This document shows, piece after piece, positions 51,346 to 60,063 of a DNA stretch of 64,000 bases (its first letter is position 1; the number at the start of each line of letters is the position of its first letter). The position numbers were made by a program, and so were the translations under genes. Source of the stretch: a candidate division FCPU426 bacterium (lineage in GTDB: Bacteria > Oederibacteriota > Muellerivitia > Muellerivitales > Muellerivitaceae). The DNA lies in contig CAVTWJ010000014.1 in NCBI GenBank assembly GCA_963738405.1, forward strand, positions 1 through 64,000. Direction: 5' to 3'. Under the pieces are notes generated by a model. That model saw only the letters and a list, made by a program, of their open reading frames with translations. It had not been told where the DNA came from and did not search any database.

Positions 51346-51587
51346 TGACCCTCCTTATCGATATGAAACGCGGCCTTGATGTAGATCCCCTCAGGTGGCA
51401 GAAGCGCCTCTACCTTCGGGCGTTCTTCTTTGACAATCACGAGCCCCAATCCGCAGTCGTCCTTTATGTCCCGGGGACGGGGGATCAGTTTAAAACGCAT
51501 CCGCCGATCCTTTAAGAGGGACTCGGCGTGCATAGTCTCGTGGGTGGTGTGAAACAAAAGGATGAAGTGGGCTTCAGTTAGGGCCAT
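51273..51587 (-). CDS. DUF3343-family protein
   Basis: LFHTTHETMHAESLLK..LIPRPRDIKDDCGLGL signature. Confidence 0.78.
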   Translation of the reverse strand: MALTEAHFILLFHTTHETMHAESLLKDRRMRFKLIPRPRDIKDDCGLGLVIVKEERPKVEALLPPEGIYIKAAFHIDKEGQWTRENYPPAPISYDSPPSESTSS

Positions 51588-51680
51588 TCGGCCCTTGGGG
51601 GATGGAGGGGAGGACACCCTGCCTCCTTTATTTATCGATCAACCGGTTTGTTTTGCGCTACCAGGAAAAACCCAAAGGGA

Positions 51681-52181
51681 TTAACCCTCGCTTCCGCCGT
51701 GGAGGTCCCGGAAATCCTTGGGGCTCAAATGCTCTAGGAACTTCTTAAAGTCGCTCATCTCTTCTTTGTATTTTTCTTTATCGGGGATGGTGGCGTTCAC
51801 TACCACCTTCTCCGCCACGAAAATGGGGGCGCCGGTGCGCAGGGCCAGGGCAATGGCGTCCGAAGGCCGGGCGTCCAAATCAATCTTGTCCCCGCCATCT
51901 AAAAATTCCAAAAAGATGCGGGCGAAAAAAGTGTTCTGATTGATGTCGTTGACCAGCACCTTAATCACCTTCGCCCCCAGGGCGTCAATGGTGTTCTTCA
52001 ACAGGTCATGGGTCATGGGCCGGGGAAGGGTCTGTTCGTTGAGCTGAATAAAAATGGCCGTGGCCTCAGGCACGCCGATCCAGATGGGCAGATAGCGTTT
52101 TTCATCGTCGTCGGTCAATATGACCGCCGGCGTTTTAAGGTTAGGATCCACCGCGATTCCGCGGACTTTCATTTCAATCAT
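51681..52181 (-). CDS. Bifunctional nuclease family protein (DUF151)
   Basis: LPIWIG..EA, RPMTHDL, DARPSDAIALALR. Confidence 0.93.
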   Translation of the reverse strand: MIEMKVRGIAVDPNLKTPAVILTDDDEKRYLPIWIGVPEATAIFIQLNEQTLPRPMTHDLLKNTIDALGAKVIKVLVNDINQNTFFARIFLEFLDGGDKIDLDARPSDAIALALRTGAPIFVAEKVVVNATIPDKEKYKEEMSDFKKFLEHLSPKDFRDLHGGSEG

Positions 52182-52354
52182 CGGGCAAGGCTCCGTTTTA
52201 TTCCCAGCACAACCACGACAGTTTCATCATGGGAACAAGCTTCAAATGATTCAAGGGAAGACTGTAAAAGGGCATCCACTTAGGCGAGAAACCGTCGAAT
52301 GGGCGGATTATATCCCTCCTTTCCCACCCATGCAACGACAGGAAAAGAGGGGAA

Positions 52355-52924
52355 TTATTTCTTTTGGACATCCGCCTCGCTGAAAACTTGTGCCTCAAAG
52401 GCGGACAATTCAGCCTTATCGCGCCAGGAATCCTGCGGCAAGCCCGCCTTCACGCAGGTTTGAGATAAAAAAGTTTCCCGGTCCATGTGGTGCTCCACCG
52501 CCACTTGCGGCAACAAAAGCCCGGACCGGTTGCCCTTGCTGATGATGAGTCCGTGCACCCCGATCTTCACTTTTTCCGGATCGATTTTTTGGGGAATTGT
52601 CAGCACCGAAATCTCGATGCCGAGGGCGGAAAATTCTTCCTGAACCACCGGCGGAAACCTCGGGTCTTGAAAGGCCGCGCTGGTGGCCGCCTCTTGGACC
52701 GCTTCTACCAAGGGCTTGATGGGATAGGGCAAACCGATACAGCCCCGCAAACCATCTTCAGACCAGAGGGTCACAAAAACTCCCCGCTTTTCCCGAAGGA
52801 TGGGAGAAAGGGCATCCACCGGGGGAAGGCGCCTTCCCCTTTGCAAGGTGGTTCGAATGGCGTTTCGGGCCAGTTGCAGAAGAAATTTCTGCTCTTCAAT
52901 GCCCAGAACCTCGGAAGGTTTCAC
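52355..52924 (-). CDS. amrA: AmmeMemoRadiSam system protein A (AMMECR1)
   Basis: GVFVTL, LRGCIG, DPRF, EISVL, GLLLPQV, KAGL. Confidence 0.93.
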   Translation of the reverse strand: MKPSEVLGIEEQKFLLQLARNAIRTTLQRGRRLPPVDALSPILREKRGVFVTLWSEDGLRGCIGLPYPIKPLVEAVQEAATSAAFQDPRFPPVVQEEFSALGIEISVLTIPQKIDPEKVKIGVHGLIISKGNRSGLLLPQVAVEHHMDRETFLSQTCVKAGLPQDSWRDKAELSAFEAQVFSEADVQKK

Positions 52925-53655
52925 CAGCCGCTCCTAGCAGTATTTTTAATGTTTAATAATTCAGCCGCCTCAAAAATCAAATCACCGACTTTTTTCCTTT
53001 TCAATTCCGTCACAACAAATGGAATAATTTTATGATCTTTTCTTTGAGCTAATCCAACTATGGCTTCACACTTCGTATCGTAATCAGAATCTTTAACTCG
53101 TTTCCATAAGGCTTTTCTTATTCTCGGATTATCTTTTTCATTAAGAGTTCCTATTGAAAACGTGGCCCAATCCCGTATCTTTGCTGTTCTATCGGCAGAT
53201 AACTTGGTAAGCAAATCAAGGGATTTTTGATTTTTATTCGAACCCAAGCCATAAGTGGCAGCCCAACGAACATCAGAATCAGTACTTTCGCTCAATGTTT
53301 TAAGAATAGGAAAACCTTCCTTGATTTCTAAATAACCTAATGCAACAGCAATAGCATTTAGAACTTTATTTGATTTTTCCTTCTTGAAGGTTTCATTAAT
53401 TACCTTAAATCTTTCAACTAAATACTGCCGCTTTTTCACTCCTAATTGACTAAGAATGTCGATTCCGAGGACACGCTCACGCACTGTTTTTCCGAAACAT
53501 AATGCCTTGGCAGATTTGAATACTTCACGACCACCTCTAAAATGAAGCTTGACCACATATTTCCAAGATGCTTTTTCATCTTTTTCTTTCAACGCTAAAT
53601 GGACTAATTGTTTTGTTGAACGTTGATCTTTATATGATTTTTTTCGTCGTGCCAT
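52921..53655 (-). CDS. AT-rich HEAT-repeat protein
   Basis: DSDVRWAATYGLG, IRDWATFSIG, EAIVGLA; Lys-rich. Confidence 0.82.
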   Translation of the reverse strand: MARRKKSYKDQRSTKQLVHLALKEKDEKASWKYVVKLHFRGGREVFKSAKALCFGKTVRERVLGIDILSQLGVKKRQYLVERFKVINETFKKEKSNKVLNAIAVALGYLEIKEGFPILKTLSESTDSDVRWAATYGLGSNKNQKSLDLLTKLSADRTAKIRDWATFSIGTLNEKDNPRIRKALWKRVKDSDYDTKCEAIVGLAQRKDHKIIPFVVTELKRKKVGDLIFEAAELLNIKNTARSGW

Positions 53656-53701
53656 TCCTTACCTTCTACCTTGTGTTTGGTGTTGAATATTTTGTTGTCT
53701 T

Positions 53702-54535
53702 TCACCTGCAAAAAGCCACGGACGAATATCCCACCACCCGGTCCATGTCGCCCGTCACATCGCCCGAATTGCGGTAGCAAAGAAGCTCCGCCTTCGCCCC
53801 AAGCTCCTCGGCCCATTTCACCAGGGTCGTAACCGGTTCTTTACCGCAATGGGTGCAATGGTAATCCGAATATCCACTTCCCATGATTTCCTTGTCGGTC
53901 TTTTCTATTTTCTTCTCGTCACCGGTCAAAAGAGCGTCCAGGAACTTGCGGTCCGCCTTTTGGGCTGTGGAGTAATCGGGATAATGTGATAAATCGGACG
54001 AAGCCACAAGGATGAAAGGTTTTTCCTTGGCCAGCCGCTTCAGCCCCTTCAAAAGGGGTTCCACGCAGGCGGTCTTTCCCTGCCCCATGATCACCGGCAC
54101 CACCTTGGCGCCCGGCAAAAAGGTTTGAATGAAGGGGAAATGGACTTCTACTGAATGTTCCTTAACGTAGGCGGGGGGAAAGTCGATCACCTGGTCGTCC
54201 TCTTCCAAAATCCGGCAGGCTTCCTGATCCACTGGCAGTTCCCCCAGCGGGGTCATGACCGCTTCCCCCGAAAAAAGGGCGCATCCTTTAAAGGATAGGT
54301 AGTGGCTTGGGCCTGCCACCACCACGGTAGAAGGATTGAAGGAAGCCAGGGCCCGGTAACCCAATGCCGCTACCGCCCCCGAATAAACGTAACCGGCGTG
54401 GGGCAAAAGAAAACCAATGGGTTCTCCCGGCAATTCCGTGGCTTTCCCCTCTTCCCTAAATCCATCAAGCAATCGTTGAAGAATGGGAGCTTTACCGGGA
54501 TAAAAGGTTCCGGCGACGACCGGTTGAAGTTTCAT
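53702..54535 (-). CDS. amrB: AmmeMemoRadiSam system protein B (Memo)
   Basis: VAGTFYP, PHAGYVYSG, GPSH, EHSVEV, SSDLSHY, CG, VVGY. Confidence 0.94.
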   Translation of the reverse strand: MKLQPVVAGTFYPGKAPILQRLLDGFREEGKATELPGEPIGFLLPHAGYVYSGAVAALGYRALASFNPSTVVVAGPSHYLSFKGCALFSGEAVMTPLGELPVDQEACRILEEDDQVIDFPPAYVKEHSVEVHFPFIQTFLPGAKVVPVIMGQGKTACVEPLLKGLKRLAKEKPFILVASSDLSHYPDYSTAQKADRKFLDALLTGDEKKIEKTDKEIMGSGYSDYHCTHCGKEPVTTLVKWAEELGAKAELLCYRNSGDVTGDMDRVVGYSSVAFCR

Positions 54536-54573
54536 GGGGTTATTTTAAGGACTTCTAAAGAAACCTCAAACTC

Positions 54574-54669
54574 TTACCGCCAAGACACGAAGACACCAAG
54601 AAAACCTTTGGTTTAAAATCCAATTCTTTAGTTTTGCTTCTCTTGGTGACTTGGCGTCTTGGTGGTGAA
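54574..54669. repeat. Palindromic element with 8-nt periodic arms
   Basis: ACCGCCAAGACACGAAGACACCAAGA ... TCTTGGTGACTTGGCGTCTTGGTGGT around an AT-rich spacer. Confidence 0.75.
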
Positions 54670-54691
54670 AAATGCTTTTAGGCAGGATTTC

Positions 54692-55267
54692 TCAATGAAC
54701 CTTGGTCATTTTGATGATACGGTCCCGGGTCGAGGGCCAAATGCCATCGGGAAGGACAGACAAGGAACCGGCGGTAAACATGGATGTTTCCAAAGGCACC
54801 CAAGTTTTATGGGCGGCGTAGCTGGGTTTCAGGGGCAGGTCCATGGGAACGGGAAGCTGGTAAACCCGGACCAGAAAGAGGAACACACCCTGCCAGTCCC
54901 CCTCGTTGAACCTTTTTTCGACCGCCTCCTCGCTCATCACGGTAAAAGGGGTTAGGCCCTTGCAGATTTCCCAGTCGGTGACCTTCTCAACCTTGTCCCC
55001 AATGCCCAGCAGGCGGAAATGGATGCGCTTAGGGTCTTTGTTTTCCTTTTCAATGGCGGAAATACGGGGCCGCCAGTCGGATTTGATGCTCTGGGGCGTT
55101 TCGTGCTCAAAGGTTGGAAATAGGAAGAATTCGGGGTGTTCGGGTTTAAATACCCCGTCCTCTTCCACCATGCCGTCTTTTAATAGAAGAAGGGTTTGTT
55201 TCCCCTCTTCAAGGGCCTTCAATACGACGGCCCACTCTTTGAGCGCAACATTATTTTGTAGTTTCAT
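54692..55267 (-). CDS. DUF1802-family protein
   Basis: ALKEWAVV..LEEGKQTLLL.K.G..E, FFLFPTFEH, VRVY, WV.L. Confidence 0.85.
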   Translation of the reverse strand: MKLQNNVALKEWAVVLKALEEGKQTLLLLKDGMVEEDGVFKPEHPEFFLFPTFEHETPQSIKSDWRPRISAIEKENKDPKRIHFRLLGIGDKVEKVTDWEICKGLTPFTVMSEEAVEKRFNEGDWQGVFLFLVRVYQLPVPMDLPLKPSYAAHKTWVPLETSMFTAGSLSVLPDGIWPSTRDRIIKMTKVH

Positions 55268-55350
55268 AGGAAATTGATTATGTGGATTTCAACATGAACT
55301 TTCAAGCGGGAAAGGCTTACTGCCTAAACGAAGTAAAGCAAAATCAAGTC

Positions 55351-55450
55351 TTAGCCACAGATTCATAGGATGCACACAGATAGATTGAAGAAAAAGAAGT
55401 TAAATGTCTGTGTTTTTAAAATCCTATGAATCCCATGTATCTGTGGCTCA
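55351..55450. repeat. Palindromic element with 9-10-nt periodic arms
   Basis: AGCCACAGAT-TCATAGGAT-GCACACAGAT ... TCTGTGT..ATCCTATGAAT..ATCTGTGGCT. Confidence 0.75.
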
Positions 55451-55471
55451 ATGGTTGGTCTTTGTATTTTT

Positions 55472-56341
55472 TTAAGCCAGCGCTAATAGAACAATTCCCA
55501 AAACAACGATCAAAGTCCCGCCAAAAACCTTCGGGCACTGCGAAAGTGGAAGCTCTTTGAACACAAAGAGGGACCAGGCCGCGTAAACCAGCGCGTTTGA
55601 ATTGATGATGGGAACCGCCCGCGCCAGCCCCAGTTGTTCGATGGCCAGAAGAAAAAATATGGTTCCCAGCCCCCACAGGGCCGCAGTGCCTAACCCCAGG
55701 CCCACTTCTTTCAAACCCCACTTCGGCTTCACGGCAAACAAACATATCAGCAATCCCATCAAGGCTCCGCCCAGCATCAAGCCGCTGAAAATATCCATGG
55801 AAGTAAGCGTTGGTTCGGGCCTGAAAATTTGCAGGGCCCTCACCGGGGTGAAATAGGTGCCCCAAAAGACGCTGGCTAAGAGGCTGAAATAAATGCCCTT
55901 TTTCAAGTTGCCTTCTTTAGCGGGCGCGGCCGAGGCCCTCGAAACCCACCAGGCTCCCAGGAAAAGAAAAAAACCGCCCGCGAAGATAAGCGAATAGGCT
56001 TTCAGTCCCGAAGCCTCGTGGAAAAGCGCCAGCCCCAGGGCGATGTTGAAGAAAGAGTTCAAATTAAAAATGACCGCCGCCTTGGCCAAGCTGATCTCGG
56101 CTAAGGACAAGTTGCTGAAGGTTTGTCCCAAGCCCCAAATCAGGCCCGCCCCCACCGAACCCCAAAACCAAAGGGGATGGGCCCAAAGGGCCTTCAGGGA
56201 ATCGATTCTGAAAAGATCCAACGCCAGCATTCCCAAAGCCATAAGGGGAAAAAAGGCCAAGCCTTTGTTATTAGAAAACCGGGCCGGCACCAAGTAACTC
56301 CCGATGCAAAAAAACGCCCCGAGCGCGTAAACATAACCCAT
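55472..56341 (-). CDS. DMT-superfamily transporter (GRP/GlcU-like)
   Basis: About 10 TM in two repeats; GSYLVP/GTYFTP, GLIWGLG/ALWGLG, LFHE/VFKE. Confidence 0.82.
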   Translation of the reverse strand: MGYVYALGAFFCIGSYLVPARFSNNKGLAFFPLMALGMLALDLFRIDSLKALWAHPLWFWGSVGAGLIWGLGQTFSNLSLAEISLAKAAVIFNLNSFFNIALGLALFHEASGLKAYSLIFAGGFFLFLGAWWVSRASAAPAKEGNLKKGIYFSLLASVFWGTYFTPVRALQIFRPEPTLTSMDIFSGLMLGGALMGLLICLFAVKPKWGLKEVGLGLGTAALWGLGTIFFLLAIEQLGLARAVPIINSNALVYAAWSLFVFKELPLSQCPKVFGGTLIVVLGIVLLALA

Positions 56342-56361
56342 GAAGATGATTCCTTAAGTTT

Positions 56362-57732
56362 TTAAAGATTGTTCGATTGGCCTAAAACCGGCGACAGGGT
56401 AGCAGATACCTTTCGAAGCAGGAAGAAATTCAAAATTCTCATTACCCCCAACAATCCCAACAGGGCTACCGGCGACACCCGGCCATAGAGAAAGGCTCCC
56501 AGAAACCCGGTCCCGGCAATGCCCAGCTTGATGAGGGCAAAGGTGGCCGCCACCACCTTGGCCCTCTCCTTTTCTTCAATGATGTTCATCCAAACCGCCG
56601 CGCTCACCGAGTTGTAAAACACCCCCGCCACGGCACCCAACCCGGCGCTGGCCAGGATGAACAACAAAACGTCTTGCGACCCGGAAACAGAAAGAAACAA
56701 CACACCCAGGGATAACAGCCAAAAGATCTGGTCAAACCCTAATGACTTGATCACCTGCTTCTCCGTCAGATTGGGAATCACGATGAACAAGGCTATGACC
56801 GCCACATAGGCCGACACCTGGGAAAGCACCGAAAGGTACGATTCCCTCATGCCGAGGTAATTGACGTAATAGAGGGAGGAATAAACCGCCCACATGGCGG
56901 TAATCCATTCATCGACAAACTTGGAACAGAAAAATATTTTCGATCCCGATTTACTGAAAAATAATTTCATGGACTGCCGGTACTGGTTCCAACCCTGCGT
57001 CACTGCGGATTTCCAGGTATCGGCTTCTTTCTCGAAAATGAGAGAGGGAGGTAACATCTTCCACCTCAGGTAAATCCCAACCGCGATCACGGCGGTCATA
57101 AACCAGTACATGTCATGGTTGGCGGGCAAGAAACCTCGCTTGGAAACCCAAAAGCCCCCCAAGATCGGAAAGAAGAGAAGAAAGGGCGCCAGGTTGGACA
57201 TCTGCAAAACGGTGTAAACCGAAGGCTTCTTGGAATTCGGAACATTCTCTACCAGCAGGGATTGATAAGGCGGTGTGGAACCCGCGTTCGTGGCCAGAAA
57301 GGCGATGGCCGCCAAGCACCACCACTTGCTGTCGGCTAGGGCCAGGGATAAGCAGTAGCCTCCCCAGCTTAAGATGTCGAAAGCGATTAAAGTTTTTTTG
57401 CGTCCCCACACATCCGAAAGATACCCGCCCATGAAATAACCGATGGGGCTGATGACTTGCAAAAGGGTTTGGTAAACCCCGATCTCGGTTTTGGATAAAC
57501 CCAACTGCACCATGTAAACGCTGGTGTAGGGTTGAACCATGGCGATGGGGATGACCCAAAGAATCCCGGCGTAAATGGTGACGGCCTGCACGGGGGCGAT
57601 GTCGCCAAACATTTGGCCGACTTTTCGGCCTTGTTGGCCTAATAGGTTGATAGGTTTCTTGAGGAGTATTTCATAACCCTCTTCGCCCGCGTCGCGAAGA
57701 GAGGATAAGAAAGATAGGAATGGTTGAAACAT
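56362..57732 (-). CDS. MFS transporter
   Basis: GYLSDVWGRKK motif A; about 12 TM. Confidence 0.9.
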   Translation of the reverse strand: MFQPFLSFLSSLRDAGEEGYEILLKKPINLLGQQGRKVGQMFGDIAPVQAVTIYAGILWVIPIAMVQPYTSVYMVQLGLSKTEIGVYQTLLQVISPIGYFMGGYLSDVWGRKKTLIAFDILSWGGYCLSLALADSKWWCLAAIAFLATNAGSTPPYQSLLVENVPNSKKPSVYTVLQMSNLAPFLLFFPILGGFWVSKRGFLPANHDMYWFMTAVIAVGIYLRWKMLPPSLIFEKEADTWKSAVTQGWNQYRQSMKLFFSKSGSKIFFCSKFVDEWITAMWAVYSSLYYVNYLGMRESYLSVLSQVSAYVAVIALFIVIPNLTEKQVIKSLGFDQIFWLLSLGVLFLSVSGSQDVLLFILASAGLGAVAGVFYNSVSAAVWMNIIEEKERAKVVAATFALIKLGIAGTGFLGAFLYGRVSPVALLGLLGVMRILNFFLLRKVSATLSPVLGQSNNL

Positions 57733-57846
57733 GTGGGTCCTGGGTCGAATTGAAAGGGGGCATTTTAGCAGGTTAAGAAAAAACGCAAGCTGGCAAGTGG
57801 TTCGGGAAAGGTCCTAGAAAACGCTTTTATGACATGCGGAGGCTTT
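57716..57846. repeat. ~130-bp imperfect direct repeat, copy 1 (MFS promoter plus first codons)
   Basis: Shares ATTGAAAGGGGGCATTTTAGCAGGTT, AAAAAACGCAAGC, CAAGTGGTTC and TAGAAAACGCTTTTATGA with copy 2. Confidence 0.9.
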
Positions 57847-57920
57847 AATAACTTTAAAGAACGGCCTTTACGATTCCGCAAAGGATGCCCGGCAGACAAA
57901 ACAAAACCGGAATAATTGAA

Positions 57921-58130
57921 TTATCGATTCCAATCAGATGGATGAATATCGGCCTGACGAAGAATTTAACGGAGGAGGGAAATGCCAATGTCCCTTTGAT
58001 GGGGATTTGGAATGCGGAGTTTCAAAGTGCCTTTGACCATAAACATGTGTTTCCCGCCGCTATAGGGGCCTTCGAAACCTAGGAGGCCCAAACGGCGGAT
58101 CAAATCTCGCTGAGATACGGGTTTAAGCAT
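57921..58130 (-). pseudogene. hicA: HicA-family toxin with premature TAA
   Basis: Manual translation MLKPVSQRDLIRRLGLLGFEGPYSGGKHMFMVKGTLKLRIPNPHQRDIGISLLR*ILRQADIHPSDWNR*; stop at 57966-57968. Confidence 0.85.
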
Positions 58131-58368
58131 GTACCAAATTGGGTAATTTCAAGCGCTTCCCGTGAATCACCGGAAGGCGGTCCCCCTGATGCACCTTTAA
58201 CAAAACCCATTCCTCAAGCACTTCCTGGAGAACCTTTCGGCAGTTCTCAAGCCCTTTTTCGTTAGACCACACACCCTTAAACCCAGGAATTTCCCCGTAG
58301 TAGGTCTTGTCCTCGAGGATTTTGTATTTGGCCTGCCCCATCGCGGTATGAATGTATTCCATGAACAT
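58123..58368 (-). CDS. hicB: HicB-family antitoxin (short form)
   Basis: YYGEIPGFKGVWS..LENCRKVLQEVLEEW..LP; overlaps the hicA start. Confidence 0.88.
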   Translation of the reverse strand: MFMEYIHTAMGQAKYKILEDKTYYGEIPGFKGVWSNEKGLENCRKVLQEVLEEWVLLKVHQGDRLPVIHGKRLKLPNLVHA

Positions 58369-58433
58369 GTTCGCCCCCTTTACATTGGCAGTATATCAAA
58401 TCCATTTTTAAACAAAGGAATCAAACTTCAAAC

Positions 58434-58564
58434 AGGAATGGTTGGAACATGTTGATCCCGAAGTCGGATTGAAAGGGGGCATTTTAGCAGGTTGGGAAAA
58501 AACGCAAGCCGACAAGTGGTTCAGGGAGTGCTTTAGAAAACGCTTTTATGATGCCAGAGGCTTT
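58434..58564. repeat. ~130-bp imperfect direct repeat, copy 2
   Basis: Colinear with 57716-57846; minus strand encodes MFQPFL like the MFS start, then stops. Confidence 0.9.
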
Positions 58565-58680
58565 TAAAAACAATCTGAAACATCTATGTCGATTATCCAC
58601 TACAACTCCCCATCGAGGACAACCTGTGTAAATAAAGCGCAGACTGGATTTCCCTCGCGTCCCTGAAGCAGATGGACTTC

Positions 58681-59886
58681 TCAAGGGTTAATTAGCCTTT
58701 TGTAGTCGTCAGACGAATCAAAATCCTTGAATTGGGTATCCATCTTAATTTCTTGACGATATTTCGGATCAATATCGATTGTTTTTTGGACTTCCTCGAT
58801 CGCTTCTGTATGTTGGCCATTGGCCCAATAAGCCAATGCGAGGTTGTAATGTCCCATGGCATAATCCGGTTTTACTGCTATTGATTTTCCTAGTGTTTGA
58901 ATAGCCTCGTCGTATTTTTTCAACCGAAAGAAGGCATAACCCATCAATTCATAAGCCCTACAATTATTCGCATCCACATCAATGGCCTTTTGATATTCTG
59001 AAATTGCCTTCCCGAATTGTTTCTTTTTAGCTAATTTCTCCCCCGCGAAAAGGGGATTCTCCTTACCCGCTGTGAGTGTCTCATTCAACACTTGTATGCA
59101 AATCCAACCTGACGCGCTGCCCGAGGGGTAAACCATTTTTGCGGTTTTCTTGTCGTCTCCGGCTTGGTTTGTACAAGTGACATAAACCAAGCGACCCCCA
59201 TGAATAACCTTGGTCTCACAATTCGAAGTATCCATTTGATCGTTAGCAAAATCTTCACCCATAGCCAATTGCGCTTCATATTCCGCACTATCTCGGTAAG
59301 GTTGATGACCCCCGCCCATTGGAAACTCGGAATCAAAAGTAATATCATCGACCTTTAATGAGCCATCTTCCTCGTCAAGGGTGATAAAACCATAAAAAAT
59401 CCGGGCGCTAGCACCTGTCGTTTCGGGTGGGGTGCCGCCAAGGAACAACCCTTTGTTCATTGGTTCCTCACCAACAAGAACACTTATCTCAAAAAACACC
59501 CGTTTTCGATTTGGAACTTCATTTGAATCGCCGGTATTATTCGCGGAATAAAGTTGAAGAAGTTTAAAATCCCCTTCATTGCCGAATGACTCAAGGTATT
59601 TCTCTGGTGTAATTTTGGACAAGTAACTCTTCGAAAGATAAGTTACGCTTTTATCTAAATTACCGCTGCCTTCCCCAATCGTACCCATGTTGGTAAACAT
59701 ATTCGAGGTACAGATAAGATCCATGAATTCTTTTGCCATTTTCGTTTCCGGGTTTTGTTCCTCATCCAAGAGGGGAAATGATTCAGTTTGTTTTGCTTCG
59801 AGTAGATGGCTTCTTTTCGCCAAACAAAAACTCGGGCTCAAACAAAAGCCGACAACGCAAATAATCCATAACCAGGATAATTTCAA
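58681..59886 (-). CDS. Exported protein with C-terminal TPR repeats (AT-rich)
   Basis: Signal peptide; KAISEYQKAIDVD, EAIQTLGKSIAVKP, EAIEEVQKTIDIDP. Confidence 0.82.
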   Translation of the reverse strand: MKLSWLWIICVVGFCLSPSFCLAKRSHLLEAKQTESFPLLDEEQNPETKMAKEFMDLICTSNMFTNMGTIGEGSGNLDKSVTYLSKSYLSKITPEKYLESFGNEGDFKLLQLYSANNTGDSNEVPNRKRVFFEISVLVGEEPMNKGLFLGGTPPETTGASARIFYGFITLDEEDGSLKVDDITFDSEFPMGGGHQPYRDSAEYEAQLAMGEDFANDQMDTSNCETKVIHGGRLVYVTCTNQAGDDKKTAKMVYPSGSASGWICIQVLNETLTAGKENPLFAGEKLAKKKQFGKAISEYQKAIDVDANNCRAYELMGYAFFRLKKYDEAIQTLGKSIAVKPDYAMGHYNLALAYWANGQHTEAIEEVQKTIDIDPKYRQEIKMDTQFKDFDSSDDYKRLINP

Positions 59887-60063
59887 TTGATCCCTCGATT
59901 TCTCAAAACAGAATTCAAAATATTATTAAGTTTTTCGTTTCAAATTCCCCCATTGGAAGATAGAGCTTTTCTGACAATTTTTTCTGCCCACGTCGGGTCC
60001 CCGTCGAGAACAAAGCTTTATCCCCAATCTCGAAACCATTATCGCACCCGGCAATTGATGCCA

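Noticed and set aside
52355..54535. Missing AmrS radical SAM gene next to amrAB
   Set aside because: It may lie elsewhere in the genome; the enzyme at 35967 is a B12-binding type, not AmrS.
57885..58082. 65-aa + strand ORF
   Set aside because: It is the antisense of the hicA pseudogene.
54574..58564. CRISPR array or integron attC interpretation of the repeats
   Set aside because: No regularly spaced repeat-spacer units, cas genes, integrase or clear attC box pattern.
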